Below the pieces are notes generated by a model that did not search any database, had not been told where the DNA came from, and saw only the letters and a program-made list of their open reading frames with translations. Made by a program: the position numbers and the translations under genes. This document shows positions 60,122 to 64,000 of a stretch of 64,000 bases of DNA, piece by piece; positions within the stretch are counted from its first letter, which is position 1, and each line of letters starts with the position of its first letter. The stretch lies in contig JBBQZX010000011.1 in the NCBI GenBank assembly GCA_038207335.1, positions 1 through 64,000 on the forward strand, read 5' to 3'. Source of the stretch: Chthoniobacterales bacterium. GTDB taxonomy: Bacteria > Verrucomicrobiota > Verrucomicrobiia > Chthoniobacterales > Chthoniobacteraceae.

Positions 60122-60526
60122 TCACGCCTTGCCTTTCGCGGCGCGGTGGCGGGCGAGGAACTGGCGGAGAAGGTCCTCGGGGGAGCCGCCTTGCACCCGT
60201 GACTTGTAGGCCTGCACGTCAGCTTGCGTCACCGGCAGTTCGCGGATGAGCGGTTTGCCGGCGAGGCTGGAGAGCGCTGCCAGCGCTTCGGCAGTAGTTT
60301 CAAAGACCACGTCGCCGGCTTCGCTGTCGGGGACGGTGCTACGGGCGAGTTCGTCGATCCAGAAGCCGTTGTGCTGGAGGTAGAACATGCGCATCCGGCA
60401 GTTCGGATCGCTGTGCGCGTAGCCTTCCTGCATGACGATGAGCGGGCTCTTCGGGTCGTTGGAGTCGAGCTTGATGAGCTTGCAGTCGTTGTAGTCGTTG
60501 GTGAGGACGCGAATCGGCGTGGGCAT
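60122..60526 (-). CDS. Hypothetical protein
   Basis: 134-aa ORF with typical codon usage, in line with its neighbours. Confidence 0.7.
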   Translation of the reverse strand: MPTPIRVLTNDYNDCKLIKLDSNDPKSPLIVMQEGYAHSDPNCRMRMFYLQHNGFWIDELARSTVPDSEAGDVVFETTAEALAALSSLAGKPLIRELPVTQADVQAYKSRVQGGSPEDLLRQFLARHRAAKGKA

Positions 60527-60562
60527 GGGGGTAATCTGATGATGATCGGTGGTCGAAGGGTA

Positions 60563-60578
60563 TCGGACTTTGGTCCTA
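60563..60578. promoter_or_regulatory. Putative regulator box, pseudo-palindrome TCGGAC-TTTG-GTCCTA
   Basis: Related copies at 63054-63069 and 63932-63947. Confidence 0.45.
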
Positions 60579-61232
60579 TCCCCCGAGGGCGATCGTCAGC
60601 GCGACGAGCGCGACGCCGATGGCGACCATGGCGAGGCCGGTGCGGATGCGGCGCAGACCCGCGTAACTCGCGAGCATGAGGCCAGTGCCGAAGAGCAAGG
60701 CGATGGCGATGACGTTCGAGAGTCGCAGCGCGAGATGCGCTTCGTGGAGGAAGATAAATGGGATGACGACGGGGAACGTGGAAACGAAGACGAGCAGGAA
60801 CACACCGGTCGCGCCGCGCCAGTTTTCGCCGGTCAGCCGCGGGCGTTCGGCGGGAGATGGAAGCTGCTTGAGGTGCGCATGGATGCGGTCGAAATCCTCG
60901 GGCTGAAGCGCTTCGGCGACCTTCGGCGGCAAAGCATCGGCGATCGTTTGGCGCGCCTGCGCGGAGTCGGTGGATTGCTGCACGCTGCGCAGGAGAGTGG
61001 CGTTGCGTCCGGCTTCGGTGAGACAGGAGATGAGGTAAAACGCGGCGTCGATGATGCCCCATGCAAGGTTGCAGCCGATGGCGCCGATGAACATCGCGCG
61101 CACGTCTTCCCGCCCGGCTTCAGCGACGCTGATCGCGCAGGTGAACGAGAGCACCATGATCAGCCCGAAGACGATCTCGGAGAAACGCTCGAGTGGGTCG
61201 AGGACGCGGTTGCGACCAGTGGAGAGGTTCAC
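60576..61232 (-). CDS. VIT1/CCC1-like membrane protein
   Basis: LDPLERFSEIVFGLIM, GCNLAWGIID, TFPVVIPF; five TM segments. Confidence 0.8.
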   Translation of the reverse strand: MNLSTGRNRVLDPLERFSEIVFGLIMVLSFTCAISVAEAGREDVRAMFIGAIGCNLAWGIIDAAFYLISCLTEAGRNATLLRSVQQSTDSAQARQTIADALPPKVAEALQPEDFDRIHAHLKQLPSPAERPRLTGENWRGATGVFLLVFVSTFPVVIPFIFLHEAHLALRLSNVIAIALLFGTGLMLASYAGLRRIRTGLAMVAIGVALVALTIALGG

Positions 61233-62991
61233 GGCGTTGCGGCGCTGGAGCCAGAGTCACTGACACCGGCTACCACGTTCGTGTTTTGAAAATCGTCGAT
61301 CGCATCCGCGAGCATGGTGAAGCGGTCGATGGGGCCGATCTTATCCTCGATGCCCTCCATGCGAAGGATGTCGCGCACGCTCGAACGCGCCTCGACGAGT
61401 CGAAAGGCGACGCCGCGTTTGGCGATTTCTGCCTGCAAGTTCAGGAACATGCGCGCGCCGGCCATGTCCATGTTCGGCGAGGTGGAGAGGTCGCCGATGA
61501 CGAGGCGCACACTTTCACGCGCCGCGTCAAGCCGGCCGATGACGGCGTTGAAGATGTGCTCGACATTGAAATAGACGATGGGAGACTCGACGCGGAAGGC
61601 GAGGACGCCGGGGATGGGCTCATTCGACGAGTGGCGCTCGAGGTCGGAATAGCGGCGTGTGTCGGGGATGCGGCCGAGGAAGGCGACGTGCGGAGTCGAG
61701 GCGCGATGGATGAGCGCACGAGAGAGATGATGGCCCCGAGCAGGACGCCTTGCAGCAGGCCTGCCCAGAGCACGCCTGCGAGCGCGGCCATGGCGACGAC
61801 GAATTCGCCACGGTGATACTGCCAGAGCCGTTTTAGCGCTTTCACTTTGATGAGGCTGGCGACGGCCATGAGCACGACTGCCGCGAGCACGGGCTGGGGG
61901 AGATTGCGCAGCAGCTCGGTGAAAAACAGCGCGACGACGAGCATCAGTCCGGTGGCGATCAAGCCCGAGAGCGGCGTGCGCGCGCCGCCGCTTTCGTTGA
62001 CGAGCGATTGCGACATGCCGCCGCTGATCAGGAAGCCGTGGCCGAGCCCCGACGCGAGGTTTGCCGCGGCCAGCCCGAGAAACTCGCGGTTGCTATCGAT
62101 CCGGTAGCCGTGCTTTTCCGCAAACATGCGCCCGATCGCCGCCGTCTCGACCGCGCCGAGAAGGAAGCACGCAAGCGCGAGAGGCATGAGCTCGCGGAGG
62201 TCGGGATAATGCACCGAACGCAGCGACGGCACCGGCAGGCCGCGCGGCACTTCGCCGAGCAGCTTCACGCCCATCGCACCGATGTCGATGAACGACGCCA
62301 CGGCGATGCCGCCGACGACGACGAAGAGCGCGACGGGTTTGTTGGGCAGTAGCTTTTTACCGAGAATCAGCAGCGCGAGCGCGACGCCGCCGAGCAGGAG
62401 CGACGTGCGGTTCGTCTCGCCGAGGTTCCCGAGGAAGATGTGCATGCGCTCCCAGAAGTCGCCGTGCCCGCCTTTCACGCCGAAGAGCTTCGGCAATTGC
62501 GTGCTCGCGAGGTGCAGCGCGACGCCCGATTTGAAGCCGAGCATCACGCTTTCCGAAATGAAGTTCACCGCCGAGCCCGCGCGCGCCAGCCACGCCAGGA
62601 AGGCGATGGCCGCGACAAGCATCGCCGTGCAAGCCGCCAGCGCCGAGTAGCGCCCCGGATCGCCATCAGCCATGCCTCCGAGCGTCGAGCCGATGAGCAG
62701 CGAGATCGCCGACGTGACCGTGATCGCCGTCTGCCGCGAGCTGCAAAACACCCACCAGACGAGACCGCCGAAGAGACACGCATAAATCCCCGCCTCCGAC
62801 GGCAACCCCGCAAGCGACGCATCGCCGAGCGCCGCCGGCAGCAGATACGCCGCGAGCGTCACGCCCGCCGCGAGGTCCGGGCGAAACCATTGCCAATCGT
62901 AGCCCCGAAGCCATTGCGTCGCAAAAATCATCCCGCGCCACCGGCTCGGTGCCGCACCCGCATCAGCGCTGGCAGAAGTCGCGGCGCTCAT
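61229..62991 (-). pseudogene. SulP/SLC26 anion transporter with a 1-nt deletion near 61716 that separates the STAS domain
   Basis: DLAAGVT, GGMSQSLVNESGGARTPLSG, PVLAAVV. The shifted frame continues LIHRASTPHVAFLGRIP...YFN...DMAGA to the stop at 61229. Confidence 0.85.
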
Positions 62992-63022
62992 GTGGGTGAG
63001 AGGCAGTTCGCATTCATATCCG

Positions 63023-63080
63023 CCATCTTCTGTCCTTGCGAAATTGTCTGCTATGGGCCTTTGGTCCTACGCTGGGACCG
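63023..63080 (+). repeat. 58-bp imperfect direct repeat, copy 1
   Basis: CCATCTTCTGTCCTTGCG-N16-GCCTTTGGTCCTAC-N3-GGGACCG. Confidence 0.9.
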
Positions 63081-63169
63081 AGCCGGGATTTGAAATCTCG
63101 TGGGCGCGAATCTAAATCCCCAAAATGCCGTCACATTGACAACGCCGTGCATGTTGGCATTTTGTAGGC

Positions 63170-63442
63170 ATGGTCAGAACTCAAATCCAGTTGCCAGACG
63201 ATGTCTTCGCAAAAGCGAAGAAGGTGTGTGAGACACGGGAGATCTCCCTCGCCGAGCTTGCGCGGCGTGGCATCGATTACATCCTCACAGTTTATTCCGA
63301 GCCACTCGACAAAGACGCGGGCTGGCAGCTTCCCAAACCTCGGAATCTGGGCTGGAAGGGCATGAGTCACGCCGAGGTCAAGACGCAGGCTCAGCTAACG
63401 AACTCGGAAATGCTCGAAACCACCAGGCCCCAGCGCCGCTGA
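63170..63442 (+). CDS. RHH/CopG-type antitoxin (VapB-like)
   Basis: MVRTQIQLPD...ISLAELARRG; lies directly upstream of the PIN gene. Confidence 0.85.
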   Translation: MVRTQIQLPDDVFAKAKKVCETREISLAELARRGIDYILTVYSEPLDKDAGWQLPKPRNLGWKGMSHAEVKTQAQLTNSEMLETTRPQRR

Positions 63443-63445
63443 TCC

Positions 63446-63889
63446 ATGCTCTCCATGGACACCAACCTCCTGTTTTATGCCTTCAACGAGGCATCCCCCT
63501 TTCATCAGGAGGCCTACGCCTGGATGAGTTCGATCCAACGTGACGAGGACGTGGCCGTGTCCGAGTTTGTGCTGGCAGAGCTTTATGGCCTGCTGCGAAA
63601 TCAAGCGGTTCTCAAGAAACCGCTGCCCGCGGATGAAGCCGTCGAGGTGATTCAGATTTACCGCAATCATCCCCGCTGGCGCCTGATCGGGTTTCCTCTC
63701 GAAAGCCGCCCGCTGCACGACCAACTATGGAAGAGAACCGCCGGGAAATCCTTCGCCTTCCGCCGCCTCTACGACGCCCGCAGTGCCCTGACGATGCTCG
63801 CCCAAGGAGTTACAGAGTTTGCGACCGTCAATGTGAAGGACTACGAAGGAATGGGGTTTCGCCGGGTGTGGAGTCCGCTGCCTGGATGA
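63446..63889 (+). CDS. PIN-domain toxin (VapC-like)
   Basis: DTNLLFYA, VLAELY, YDA, T.N.KDY acidic PIN residues. Confidence 0.9.
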   Translation: MLSMDTNLLFYAFNEASPFHQEAYAWMSSIQRDEDVAVSEFVLAELYGLLRNQAVLKKPLPADEAVEVIQIYRNHPRWRLIGFPLESRPLHDQLWKRTAGKSFAFRRLYDARSALTMLAQGVTEFATVNVKDYEGMGFRRVWSPLPG

Positions 63890-63900
63890 GTTACTGTCCA

Positions 63901-63958
63901 CCATCTTCTGTCCTTGCGGGGCCGCCTGTCTATTGCCTTTGGTCCTACTCCGGGACCG
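63901..63958 (+). repeat. 58-bp imperfect direct repeat, copy 2
   Basis: Same conserved blocks and spacing as 63023-63080. Confidence 0.9.
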
Positions 63959-64000
63959 CCCTGCGCATCAGCGCCCTCACGTTTTCACTGCTTCGATGCG

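Noticed and set aside
1..64000. CRISPR array, rRNA, transposase or integrase
   Set aside because: No regularly spaced repeats, rRNA-like sequence or recombinase motifs were seen.

Overview
This is a GC-rich bacterial window, most likely Verrucomicrobiota (Chthoniobacterales-like), judged from the L33 sequence, the DUF1552/DUF1592 cassette and the PVC-type beta-propeller genes. From left to right: (1) about 7 kb of apparently lower-GC accessory DNA (Ku, a cupredoxin-like protein, a hybrid kinase, an outer-membrane barrel) abutting the 3' end of tRNA-Gly(GCC). (2) Core or mixed genes: GAF protein, a sensor-less kinase, trpC, a GMC/DUF1080 glycoside-oxidation set, dksA-rpmG-rpsR, an ABC-2 permease, an EF-hand protein and a PAS-HisKA protein. 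(3) A 15.5 kb galactose/furanoside utilisation locus (XylR-type regulator, galK, ytfQRT/yjfF-like ABC transporter, GH2, GtaA-like protein, GH127, galT). (4) The main find: an 18 kb, 15-gene minus-strand cluster with no PKS or NRPS. It combines a chorismate-lyase-like protein, an EhpF/EhpG-like (LuxE/LuxC-type) carboxylate-reduction pair, an Fe-ADH, a HemN-like radical SAM enzyme, a flavin halogenase-like enzyme, an aryl-CoA ligase, a thioesterase, a GT4, a sulfotransferase, two secreted PQQ-type beta-propellers and a MacB/FtsX-type ABC exporter. I infer it makes a decorated aromatic metabolite or cofactor. (5) glcD-like gene and fabV. (6) A right-hand accessory region with disrupted DUF1552, DUF1592 and sulP genes, plus a vapBC module flanked by a 58-bp imperfect direct repeat that carries a probable regulator box. 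All family calls come from motif recognition by eye; no searches were run.
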